Positions 1 through 13,200 of a stretch of DNA of 64,000 nucleotides are shown piece by piece. Every line of letters starts with the position of its first letter. Within the stretch, counting starts at the first letter, position 1. Position numbers and translations under genes: made by a program. Source of the DNA: Antedon mediterranea. Its lineage: Eukaryota; Animalia; Echinodermata. Below the pieces are notes generated by a model, which searched no databases, had not been told where the DNA came from, and saw only the letters and a list, made by a program, of their open reading frames with translations. The stretch covers positions 11,757,888 through 11,821,887 of the forward strand of contig NC_092676.1 in assembly GCF_964355755.1 (NCBI RefSeq), in the 5' to 3' direction.

Positions 1-1427
1 TTCAAATACTTTAACTTAGGTCTAATAAGCTTTTCAGCGTGATCACTCAACCGTGACGTAATTTATACGCCATTTTGTGAAATCACATTATCAATCATAT
101 CTCCATAATTAATTATCACATATTAATGTAATTCACTAAACGTAAACTTCATGTCAAAGGTAAAAATATTAGCAAAAAAAAAACGCACACACACGTAGGG
201 TCATGCGCGTGAAATCGCGCTTTAAAAATTAAAAAACCTCAAAATTAAGTTTTGATCAATTTAGAGCATGAATTAGGCCATTTGCGTGTTTCAAAAAATT
301 ACTGCGCAAAAAAAAAATTTTGAGCGCGCGATACTTAAAAAGCGTAAAAAAAACGATTTTTTTTTACAAAACGCATTCTACTCACCATCTTTAGTACATT
401 CACCAAATTTGAGTCAGTTCCGATATAAAATAACGCTATACGAGCAGGTTCAAAATGACAAAATGCGCAAATTAATTGCATCAAAGTGTTGAAAATGGTG
501 AAAAATGAGGCATTTTTAAAATGAAAATAATTCTTCAGAATGCACGATGACCCCCAATTATTTTAACTTTTTCTGGAAGCCGTTGAGTTGTAGATATGAA
601 TTCATGTACACATTTTACGTACAAACTGTTTTTACGTCATCAAATGGCCACTTGAATTTAAAATTAATTATTTTTCTCTTTTGTCATTTTTTTCACATTG
701 AATAGAACGCATCTCTGTTACTTTGTGCCCGGTTTTCACTCAATTTTCAGTATGTGATTGCTCAATTAATTGACTTTCTTATGACTTGCCACCACTTTTA
801 TTTTGATGACGTCATCACGCATAAAAAATTGATTAACATAGGTCGTGTAATTTCACCTTCACCGTAAATTTGAATATCTTACAGCTCTTCAGAATTAAAG
901 ATTACCTTGATGATTATAATTTATTATGAAAGCTGATGAAATGTAGATATGAATTCATATAAAAATCAAGCCTATCGGATGTTGTGACGTTAACATATGG
1001 CCAGTTGAAGTTAAAAAGTAGTATTTTCATCTTTTTCGTAAAAGTTATACAAATTTCAAAGAGCGCGTACAGCGCTTCTACGTGCCAAATTTTCTTCCAA
1101 TTCTTATATTTATTTGCTCAATTCATTATCTTTCAAAATTGTCATCTTTGAGTTTATTTTGATAATTCCATCATACCAAAAAATTGGAACATGATGTGTG
1201 TCCCGTAATTTCACCTATGCTACACTGTATATAGATATACAGTATATACTATATATAATAGGCACAACTCAGCACTATAAGCGTATGCATCATGTCATAG
1301 GATGGCGTACATCAACTTTTAACGATCGTATGTTAACGTACATGATGCATGTTTAAAAAGTTTTAATTTCATTAAAATGATAAAAATGATCACCTATAAT
1401 TCGTCAAAGTGACGAATTAAATTCTAG
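1..1427 (+). mobile_element. Non-coding element with a Helitron-like 3' end, apparently inserted in a LINE
   Basis: Hairpin aattcgtca-aag-tgacgaatt (1398-1418), then CTAG (1424-1427) and T; LINE endonuclease-like sequence resumes immediately after. Confidence 0.5.
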
Positions 1428-3130
1428 TTGACACTATTTTTTGTAATAATATCCATGACAAAATTTTACCAGGCATTTTTTATGCCGATTTTACTGATCA
1501 TTTTCCTGGTTTTTTTTATTAAGCCGCAGTCTTTTCCAATGAATTTTGCAAATATGTCTACAGTTAACGAATAAATAACAGATCCATAAATTCAATGAAA
1601 GATGAGCTTCTTCTGGTTAACTGTGATAATGTGTGTAATACCGTCGACCCAACACTAGCTTATTATGTCTTCCAAACTAAATTCAATTTTATCTACAATA
1701 ACCATATTAAAACAATTCGTAATAAAAGAAATTTCAGATGTGAACGTAAACCTTGGATTTCAAATGGCCTACTTAAGTCGATAGATGTTAGAAACAAACT
1801 CTATAAAACCTTTCTTAGGACTACGAAAATATCTGATAAAACAAGGTACATTAAATACCGTAATACATTAACACGATTACTTAAACTTGCAAAAAAAAAT
1901 TACTACACAAATAAATGTAACAACATAAAAAGTGACATCCATAAAACGTGGCAAACAATTAATACTGTTCTTGGTAAAATGAATGAATTACCCTCTTATA
2001 TGCTTCACAACGGAAACAAAATTACTGAACTCATTCTTATTTCTACTCACTTTGATGAATATTTTGTAAACATCGGTCCTTCACTTGCAAACTGTATTAA
2101 TACTAACAGTACACCTCCACCATTCTTACCTCCTCCTATTATTGCTTCAATTTATTTAAATCCAGTTACTGAAGAAGAGGTATTAAATTAATATCCAATT
2201 TAAAAGAAAAAAAAAAGTCCAGGATCCGATGGTGTTTTTAATAAAGTTATAATTCATTAAAAAAGCCAAAGTTATACCGATATTTAAAAAGAATAATCCG
2301 CATCATTTCAGTAATTATCGCCCAATTTCTCTTCTTCCCTGCTTATCAAAAATCCTTGAGCGCATAATTTACAATCGTTTTTACATATTTATTTTACATA
2401 CATTCCATTTATTTCAGAGTCAGTATGGTTTTAGGAAACATCTTTCAACTGAACTTGCACTTATTGATATGTGTCATACATTTCTACTGGTCTAGGCAAA
2501 AAAAATTCACAATCGGAGCCTTTCTTGAGGCGTTCGATACAATAGACCACGAAGTTTGTACACGCAAACTGTCTAAATATGGAAAAAGAGGCCTACCAAT
2601 TGAACTTTTAAAAAGCTATCTTTCCAATCTGTCTAAAAATACTTTACCTCCTCACATTATTAACCTTTTCAACAGAGCTTCTGAACCTCCCCATTATAAT
2701 ACTAGATTTCCTTTTAAAAACTATGTACCAAGTATTAAACGTCGTTCTATTCTTGATTATGGTCCAATTATATGGAATAAACGCTCCGATAACTTTAAAT
2801 AGCTTTTAACACTGCGTAAAGAAATCTCTGGTCTCTGAATACAGTACTTAAGTTTCTGCAATCTTTTTATTCACTTACTTTGTATGTATGTTGTAATTTG
2901 TACATGGTATTTTTACTTATAATTTTATTCAAGAATTATGATTTAGATTGTCTTTAAAATAAATTTTTTTCAACTCAGTAAAAGGTGGCTATGACATAAA
3001 GTTATTGTTTTAACTTATATAGTCTCCTTCTCTACACAATGCAAAAAAAAACAAAAACAAAATTTTTCTTTTCCCTCATAATTCATGCATTTTCCGAGTG
3101 TGTGAAAAATAAAATGATTACTGATTACTA
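1428..3130 (+). mobile_element. Decayed CR1/L2-group LINE (endonuclease end, partial RT with internal deletion)
   Basis: KPWISNGLLKSI, KTWQTIN, YFVNIG, NYRPISLL, QYGFR, AFDTIDH; frameshifts; ends aataaaa-tgattac-tgattac. Confidence 0.85.
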
Positions 3131-3255
3131 TTTTAAAATCAGTCTACATCTAATGATCTTAACAGACTTCTCTAAGATTTATATAATAAACACAAAAATA
3201 TTGAACAAAATATAAGGTTTTTGGATGGAAAATGGGTATTAAGTATTGTACTTAC

Positions 3256-3384
3256 TGGTGTGGGTACACGTCTTTTTTCCAAAGTTTCCATCGGTTTTTC
3301 CATCGATGGCTCTACCAGCAACAGCTCCAGAACTATGTGTAGAACTCTGTTTAGCTTCTACAAAATGTGTAACTCTCACGTCCA
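3256..3384 (-). CDS. F-type lectin domain 6, first exon (rest presumably left of the window)
   Basis: VDVRVTHFVEAKQSSTHSSGAVAGRAIDGKTDGNFGKKTCTHT; donor A|GTAAGT. Confidence 0.8.
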
Positions 3385-6300
3385 CTAAAATTAAAAATTA
3401 CAAACAGTTGTATTCTACTGTTCAAAATAATAAAAGAGAAAGAGACAAACATTCAATTATCAATGGTATACATTGATAGGTGTTACCTAATAAAACAACA
3501 TAATGATAGTGCTAAATATTTGTTGTGGATATTGTATACAACTTAGTACTGTAAGACAAATTAACCCGATTACCCCCTTGTCCACTTCTTCCAACCTTTC
3601 CAACTTGAGCCTCAATGGAATATTCACGTTTTCCTACACCATTCTTTATATCAAGTACTTGATCATTAACCAATTTAGCATGCAAATTACCACCAGCCCA
3701 TCTGACCAAAGAATCTCCTCCTCCATTGAATGTTAACACGCCTTGATCAAATGACCATCCAATCACATCGCCCAATTCTACTGCAATTCGTTCACTTTCA
3801 GGTACTATATATGTAACTTCTGCGTTAACGGCACCAGCTGGTATGTCATTGATACCCACGACCTTAAATTGTGTGTTTGAACCATCTATCTTCCTAAATA
3901 CAATAGCTCTAAATGGTGCTGATTTTTTGCCTTGATATGACCAACTTGTAACTTGACCACTACAAGAAAACTTTTGATCTGGCGATACCATTGTCCAACC
4001 ATTACTGTCAGGACCACCACGATGTTTAATTTGCCAACCGGCACTGCAATATCCAGCTGTAAAATTAATGCATTAATTAAAAGATTAATTTTAATATCAA
4101 TTCTCTTAAAAATAGGTATTTCATCGACGCATTTAACATATGTTTCAACATCCTAGTAACTTCTGTTATTTCCACTTAAGTTGTTTTCCTTTGTGAATTG
4201 CTATATTTCTGAATGTGTGTCTTACCTTTACTAGAAGGTTTAATTTCTCCTGTCATTATTTCTCCACCTATATAAAAAGAAATATGAACTTTGAATCAAA
4301 ACAAAATAGAAAATACATTACAGCAACAATTGGACAGCACTAACAAGTAATGATTATTAGTCGCGTGCAAGGCCACTCTATAACAACTCACTATGTCGGT
4401 CGGTTGGTCGGTCGGTCGGTAAACACTAACTTGAGCACGCGACTGCAGCCATGTATATGGCCTTGCTATTTGTATACATACTTTACTAAATTTAGTCTAT
4501 ATTTTTTGCTATGTTCCTACCTGTATATAGTTCTACTTCACAAAGAGTGAGAGGTTTCTTTCCAGGAAGATATACACTGACGTACTGTCCTGTGATTGGT
4601 TGAGTACATTTAATTTCGATAGGATTTGTACTAATCATAGATGATGTTAGAGTAAGACCACATTGTGCATTTTCAACAAACGGTGAAACGTTGTTGTTCC
4701 CGACACGAACTTCAGCACCTACCAGCCTATTACCTAGTTACAATAAAGTTAAACAATATGGACATATTGGGTACAATTTTGACTTTAATAACTAAGGTAG
4801 TAAAGCTGTATCTTCACATTAAATGTTTTTATTTGCTAAATATGTATTAAATTGGTTCTTACCACAGCAGTCTTTTCTGTTATATATCAAAATCTTTGAA
4901 ATAGGTATGGGTGATCCTAAATCAACATACCACCAAGGATTGTCAGATCCAGTCTCTTTGGAAAAAATGAATAAATAATTGTTACTGACGGCCATGAAAA
5001 ATTATTTCTATTTGAAAATGTCTAAATAGTTTGCACGTGGTTAAAAAATGTGAAATTGAGAACTATTTTAAATTATGTAGGTACGGCATGTCAATTTTAT
5101 ATAATAAAATAATTGCATTGTTTAGTTAATTACTATTTTAAAATCAGTCTACATCCAATGATCTTAAAAGACTTCTCTAAGATTTATATAATAAATACAT
5201 CAATATTGAAGAAAATATAAGTTTTTTGATGGAAAATGTATATTAAGTATTGTACTTACTGGTGTGGGTACACGTCTTTTTTCCAAAGTTTCCATCGGTT
5301 TTTCCATCGATGGCTCTACCAGCAACAGCTCCAGAACTATGTGTAGAACTCTGTTTAGCTTCTACAAAATGTGTAACTCTCACGTCCACTAAAATTAAAA
5401 ATTACAAACAGTTGTATTCTACTGTTAAAAATAATTAAAGGGAAAGAGACAAACATTCAATTATCAATGGTATACATTGATAGGTGTTACCTAATAAAAC
5501 AACATAATGATAGTGCTAAATATTTGTTGTGTATATTGTATACAACTTAGTACTGTAAGACAAATTAACCCGATTACCCCCTTGTCCACTTCTTCCAACC
5601 TTTCCAACTTGAGCCTCAATGGAATATTCACGTTTTCCTACACCATTCTTTATATCAAGTACTTGATCATTAACCAATTTAGCATGCAAATTACCACCAG
5701 CCCATCTGACCAAAGAATCTCCTCCTCCATTGAATGTTAACACGCCTTGATCAAATGACCATCCAATCACATCGCCCAATTCTACTGCAATTCGTTCACT
5801 TTCAGGTACTATATATGTAACTTCTGCGTTAACGGCACCAGCTGGTATGTCATTGATACCCACGACCTTAAATTGTGTGTTTGAACCATCTATCTTCCTA
5901 AATACAATAGCTCTAAATGGTGCTGATTTTTTGCCTTGATATGACCAACTTGTAACTTGACCACTACAAGAAAACTTTTGATCTGGTGATACCATTGTCC
6001 AACCATTACTGTCAGGACCACCACGATGTTTAATTTGCCAACCGGCACTGCAATATCCAGCTGTAAAATTAATGTATTAATTAAAAGATTAATTTTAATA
6101 TCAATTCTCTTAAAAATAGGTATTTCATCGACGTATTTAACATATGTTTCAACATCCTAGTAACTTCTGTTATTTCCACTTCAGTTGTTTTTCTTTGTGA
6201 ATTGCTATATTTCTGAATGTGTGTCTTACCTTTACTAGAAGGTTTAATTTCTCCTGTCATTATTTCTCCACCTATATAAAAAGAAATATGAACTTTGAAT

Positions 6301-9300
6301 CAAAACAAAATAGAAAATACATTACAGCAACAATTGGACAGCACTAACAAGTAATGATTATTAGTCGCGTGCAAGGTGACTCTATAACAACTCACTATGT
6401 CGGTCGGTTGGTAGGTCGGTCGGTAAACACTAACTTGAGCACGCGACTGCAGCCAGGTATATGGCCTTGCTATTTGTATACATACTTTACTAAATTTAGT
6501 CTATATTTTTTGCTATGTTCCTACCTGTATATAGTTCTACTTCACAAAGAGTGAGAGGTTTCTTTCCAGGAAGATATACACTGACGTACTGTCCTGTGAT
6601 TGGTTGAGTACATTTAATTTCGATAGGATTTGTACTAATCATAGATGATGTTAGAGTAAGACCACATTGTGCATTTCCAACAAACGGTGAAACGTTGTTG
6701 TTCCCGACACGAACTTCAGCACCTACCAGCCTATTACCTAGTTACAATAAAGTTAAACAATATGGACATATTGGGTACAATTGTGACTTTACTAACTAAG
6801 GTAGTAAAGCTGTATCTTCACATTAAATTTTTTTATTTGCTAAATATGTATTAAATTGGTTCTTACCACAGCAGTCTTTTCTGTTATATATCAACATCTT
6901 TGAAATAGGTATGGGTGATCCTAAATCAACATACCACCAAGGATTTTCAGATCCAGTCTCTTTGGAAAAAATGAATAAATAATTGTTACTGACGGCCATG
7001 AAAAATTATTTCTATTTGAAAATGTCTAAATAGTTTGCACGTGGTTTAAAAAATGTGAAATTGAGAACTATTTAAAATTATGTAGGTACGGCATGTCAAT
7101 TTTTTTTAAATATAATAATTGCCATGTTTAGTTAATTACTATTTTAAAATCAGTCTACATCCAATGATCTTAAAAGACTTCTCTAAGATTTATATAATAA
7201 ATACATAAATATTGAACAAAATATAAAGTTTTTTGATGGAAAATGTGTATTAAGTATTGTACTTACTGGTGTGGGTACACGTCTTTTTTCCAAAGTTTCC
7301 ATCGGTTTTTCCATCGATGGCTCTACCAGCAACAGCTCCAGAACTATGTGTAGAACTCTGTTTAGCTTCTACAAAATGTGTAACTCTCTCGTCCACTAAA
7401 ATTGAAAATTACAAACAGTTGTATTCTGCTGTTAAAAATAATTAAAGAGAAAGAGACAAACATTAAATTACCAATGGTATACATTGATAAGTGTTACCTA
7501 ATAAAACAACATCATGATAGTGCTAAATATTTGTTGTGGATATTGTATACAACTTAGTACTGTAAGACAAATTAACCCGATTACCCCCTTGTCCACTTCT
7601 TCCAACATTTCCAACTTGAGCCTCAATCGAATATTCACGTTTTCCTACACCATTTTTTATATCAAGTACTTGATCATTAACCAATTTAGCATGCAAATTA
7701 CCACCAGCCCATCTGACCAAAGAATCTCCTCCTTCATTGAATGTTAACACGCCTTGATCAAATGACCATCCAATCACATCGCCCAATTCTACTGCAATTC
7801 GTTCACTTTCAGGTACTATATATGTAACTTCTGCGTTAACGGCACCAGCTGGTATGTCATTGATACCCACGACCTTAAATTGTGTGTTTGAACCATCTAT
7901 CTTCCTAAATACAATAGCTCTAAATGGTGCTGATGTTTTGCCTTGATATGACCAACTTGTAACTTGACCCCTACAAGAAAACTTTTGATCTGGCGATACC
8001 ATTGTCCAACCATTACTGTCAGGACCACCACGAGTTTTAATTTGCCAACCGGCACTGCAATATCCAGCTGTAAAATTAATGTATTAATTAATAGATTAAC
8101 TTCAATATCGATTCTTTTAAAAATAGGCATTTTACATTTAACATGTGTTTGAACATCCCAGTAACGTATGTTTTACAACTTCAGTTGTTTTCCTTTGTGA
8201 ATTGCTATATTTCTGAATATGTGTTTTACCTTTACTAGATGGTGTAATTTCTCCTGTCATTATTTCTCCATCTATATAAAAAGAAATATGAACTTTGAAT
8301 TTAAACAAATTAGAAAATACATTACAAAAATAATTTGACTGACACGACTAAAAATTAATAAATATTGTTTGTATACACACTTTACTAGATTTAGACTGTA
8401 GTAATATGTTCCTACCTGTATATAGTTCTACTTCACAAAGAGTTAGAGGTTTCTTTCCAGGAAGATATACACTGACGTACTGTCCTGTGATTGGTTGAGT
8501 ACATTTAATTTCGATAGGATTTGTACTAATTATAGATGATGTTAGAGTAAGACCACATTGTGCATTTCCAACAAACGGTGAAACGTTGTTGTTCCCGACA
8601 CGAACTTCAGCACCTACCAGCCTATTGCCTAGTTAAAATAAAGTTAAACAATATGGACATATTGGGTACATGTTTAAAAGAATCTTGACTTTACTAACTA
8701 AGGTAGTAAAGCTGCTATATCTTCATGTTAAATTTTATTATTTGATAAATATGTTTTAAATTGGTTCTTACCACAACAGTCTTTTCTGTTATATATCACA
8801 ATCTTTGAAATAGGTATGGGTGATCCTAAATCAACATACCACCAATGATTGCCAGATCCAGTCTCTTTGAAAAAATTGAATAAATTATTTTTAATGACTG
8901 GTATGAGAAATTACTTCTCTTTGGACAGTTTACAATTTATTCATGTCAGGATTTTAAAATGTAAATTGAATATTCTAGTGAAATATTATATTTTGAAATG
9001 AATGAACATTGTTTTACTGTATGTCTTTTTTGTGATATTATTTTCTTCTTTTCTACCTAAATGCTCTTGAATAATATTGTAAAAATAGGTAAATGTCTAT
9101 GTTATATAGCACTTACTTGTGTGGGTACACGTCTTTTTTCCAAAGTTTCCATTGGTTTTTCCATCGATGGCTCTACCAGCAACAGCTCCAGAACTATGTG
9201 TAGAACTCTGTTTAGCTTCTACAAAATGTGTCACTTAAATTACAAAATACTTTAGGATTAATTATATCTGTACGAGAAAACCTTTAATACGGATATACAA

Positions 9301-10237
9301 GTTTAGGGCCCTCGTGATTTTTAATATTTAACTTTAAAGTATTGTAATTATTTCTTGAGTAATTAAACCTAAACTTTTATGAAATTTGCCTTGCTTCAAC
9401 TTTTTTTTTAAATTTCAAAATATTACTTCATTTCCTCTGTTTGTTTCATTTTATTTTATCTGCCATTTAAAAAAGCATTCTAGACAAGTTATTTCGAAAA
9501 AAATATACTTTATTGTTTTGAATTTTGAAAAATGCCGCTTAGGCCTATGTTGTTGTTTTAAATACCAGTAGACTTATGTTTTCTGTACGTTGTTATACAA
9601 TATTTCCATTATTGTAGAGTGCTTTACCTTTACGAATAGGTGTAATTTCTCCTGTCCATCCTTCCCCACCTAAAATAGGAAAAAGAAATCAAGCATATAC
9701 GTAATTAAAAAAAATACGACAATAGACTATTACTCCAAGCATGTTCCGCTTCTTTTTTTTGACATACAGATATCTTCTATATGAATTAATTTATTAAGTA
9801 AGTTACTAGGTGGTTAATTGTTTGCCTTGTTCATTGAATTGTTTAGCCAATACCGTGTTAATATCGTAGTTTATACTGTAATTATGTATATTGACAAATA
9901 GTTTATCAGTTTATAGAGCGTATTTACCACAATTTTCTCCAGGGCTGCCAATGTTACATGCTTCAAATCTTTTATCCTTATCTGTTGTATAACACCAGGC
10001 TGTTTTGTAGTTATCCGGGTTTCGGCAGAAGTTGTGATCACCTAACCCAGATTTTGGGTATTTTTCTGGTGTTCTTGTATGCATCTGTGGTGTTTGTGAG
10101 GTCCATCGCTGACACATCTTTCCGGTTTCTGTTACACTTATTGACCCCCGATAGTCTGCAGCATTTGATTTTTTAAAACATTCTGATCAGAAAATTTCAA
10201 ATAATATAATGATAAGATTATGTAAAATTGAAACCGA

Positions 10238-10271
<34 letters not shown>

Positions 10272-13200
10272 TGAGTTTAGACTCTGTTCGCAATTTGTAT
10301 ACATAATAAAAGGGTATAACAATTTATAATATTTTACCTGTTCTAGATGGTCTACCTTCTATTCTCGTTCCTTTTCGATTACCTGTATACAACAATGTAA
10401 ACAATATTAAAACATTCTGATCAGAAAATTTCCAATAATATACTGATAAGATTATGTAAAATGGAAACCGATATTATTATTATTATTATTTGAGTTTAGA
10501 TTCTGTTCGCAATTTGCATACATAATAAAATGGTATAACAATTTATAATATTTTACCTGTTCTAGATGGTCTACCTTCTATTCTCGTTCCTTTTCCATTA
10601 CCTGTATAAAACAATGTAAACAATATTAAATAAAATGTTTATAATCTTGATAATAAATCTGAAGGAAAGTATATTATATAAGAATTATATACCGGCTACA
10701 GAGAAAGTTTTTATTACAGAATTTCTACAGGCAAAAGCTCAACAGAAAATTGATATATTTATATAGATAATAGATTTTGTTGCCCGAAAGCTCTGCTAAC
10801 TTTTCTGGCTGTTTTACTTTATCGTTTTGATTTAGCTTTTCGCTTTTTTTTGTATCTCCATTGAGATCCAGCCACTGATACTGTAACAGCATTGTCATTT
10901 TTTCAGTAATTTGCCTTTGGATTTATATATATATATTACCCATAGGGAGAAAATCGTTGTTCTTTTTTTTCGCCTTAAGGACCGTATTTTTTATTTATTC
11001 ACTCTAGAACTAAGAAGTTGAAAAGAGAACTTCCTGCATCCGAGTTTCAAAACAAACTTAGGATTATCGCCAATGATTGCCGTAAGCAATCAACGGTAAT
11101 GGCCCGAAGGGGACATCACACATTTGGTCTAACCTGCAGACTTGGTCATTTCAACACAAATGACTCTAACTTCGGATGATTTCAGGGCTTTTAGAAAACC
11201 CTACAAAAGGTTCGTTCGGACTTATAAAAAGAATCGGAGCAACACCTCTGATTCAGTTGTTGAAATTAATTGTCGACTTTCTGAAGGAGAGAAAAAACTT
11301 CTTTCCCGAGGACTTAAATTCTGCCGATTACGTGAATATTTTGCTGATTCAGAGAGCAGCACCACGAAAAACGAAGGCAACGTTAGCAAATTTAAACCAA
11401 AAAGTTCCTGGTATCCACCTAAAATCGTTGTCCAGCTTTAGAAACATTTATTTAGGCTATTGAGGTCGATGTACAAAACTACGTCCCGAGTCCAGATAAA
11501 CGTGACAATCTCTCAAAACAAGAGAGGCAGGCAATTGCCAAATTGCGTCAGCGTAATAATATCATCATTAAACCCGCTGATAGGTTCTGTCACTGTTGCT
11601 ATGGACATCAAATTTATAAAGAGGAGTCCTTAAGACAGCTAAACAATCCTCTTCATTATCGTAAACTTACAACGGATCCCACCCCGGAAATTGCGAATAA
11701 GGTGGCCAAATCTGTTTCTGTGATGGTCAAAAAACACTCCATCGATCCTAAGATTGGACCTCATTTGGAACAGGTTAATCCAGTTCCAGGCAGATTATAT
11801 TTCCTACCTAAAATCCACAAAGCAGGTAATCCTGGTAGACCCATTATTTCGGGCAATGGCACTGCTACAGAGAAAATTTCTGAATATGTGGATGATTTAC
11901 TTAGACCATTATTATGTGACTGATCTCCCTTCATACATTCAGGACTCCACGGACTTTATCCGCAAAATTAACCAAATTCAAAATTTACCCAATAATTCTG
12001 TTCTGGCTACATTAGATGTTTCATCGTTGTATACTAATATCCCTCACGAAGAAGGAGCCGACGCATGTATTTTAAATTACAAACGAATTTCAGGCAAAAC
12101 GCCTACTAAAGCTCATTTACCAGAACTGGTCTTGTTGATTTTAACCAACAACAATTTTATTTTTGGAAATGACCATTACCTTTAAATGCATGGCACAGTG
12201 ATGGGCACAAAAATGGCGCCATCTTTTGCAAATTTATTTATTGGACAATTTGAGGCCAATTTTCTGTCCCTCCAACCTAATAAACATCTTGTTTGGTTTA
12301 GATACATTGACGATGATCTGGACCCATGGTGAAGATGATTTGGAATCTTTTCTTCTCACTATTAATTCAGTCCACAGAACGTCTCAGGACTGTTTTTCCG
12401 GAACCACCCATTATTGTATTTTGTAGACCTCCCAACCTTCGTGATATGTTAGTCAGATCCAAATTTAAGAGTGAAATTAACTCTCATGACAGCCAAAATT
12501 TGGGCAGTCACCTTTGCGGCAAATCTTGCAAAACTTGTTCCTTAGTTGATTCTACTAAAAAATTTAAGAGTAACCAAACTGGCCGCATTTTTCGGATTAG
12601 ACAATCAATTAATTGTCTAACCAAAAACGTCATTTATCTCATATACAGTAATATTTGTGGCAAACAGTACGTCGGGGAAACAAAAAAAAAAACTCTCCGT
12701 ATGAGAATGACACAACACAGATCAGCTATCAAAACATTATAGATCTAAATTATACATTTGTGCAGGTAGGTGCAAGAGTGCCAAGCTTTTAAACATTAAT
12801 TTTGCCAGAGACATTCACATATTAACAATTATTCACACTTGAAGTTTTTTTCTTTGTTTGAAATTTCCTGCTTTATAAGCAACCATTTCTGCTTTGAACC
12901 CCAAAACTATGCCTTTTGTTTGTTAACATCTTTGATGGGCTGATTTGTTTTATTATGTAATTTTGTGACTTATATAATTATGTTATCCTTTGTTTTTTAT
13001 CTTCACCTGATGATGGGCAAATTACTGAAAAAATGACAATGCTGTGGTTATTAGTGGCTGGATCTCAATAGAGATACAAAAAAAAGCGAAAAGCTAAATC
13101 AAAATGTCAGCATTAATATATAAATAATGGTTTTTTTCGATATCATCATCATTTTTATTTTCCACTTATAATTATTATTTGCAACACATATTTATACTGT

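Larger units (their letters stand above)
3125..8900. repeat. Intragenic tandem duplication, ~2004-2007-bp unit, nearly 3 copies
   Basis: Homologous ORF starts at 3246/5250/7257 and 3991/5995/8002; introns nearly identical between units. Confidence 0.95.

Noticed and set aside
3246-7747. Repeated short + strand ORFs (MYLLVW.., MIVLNI.., MHFQQ..)
   Set aside because: Antisense to real exons; they recur only because of the 2-kb tandem duplication.
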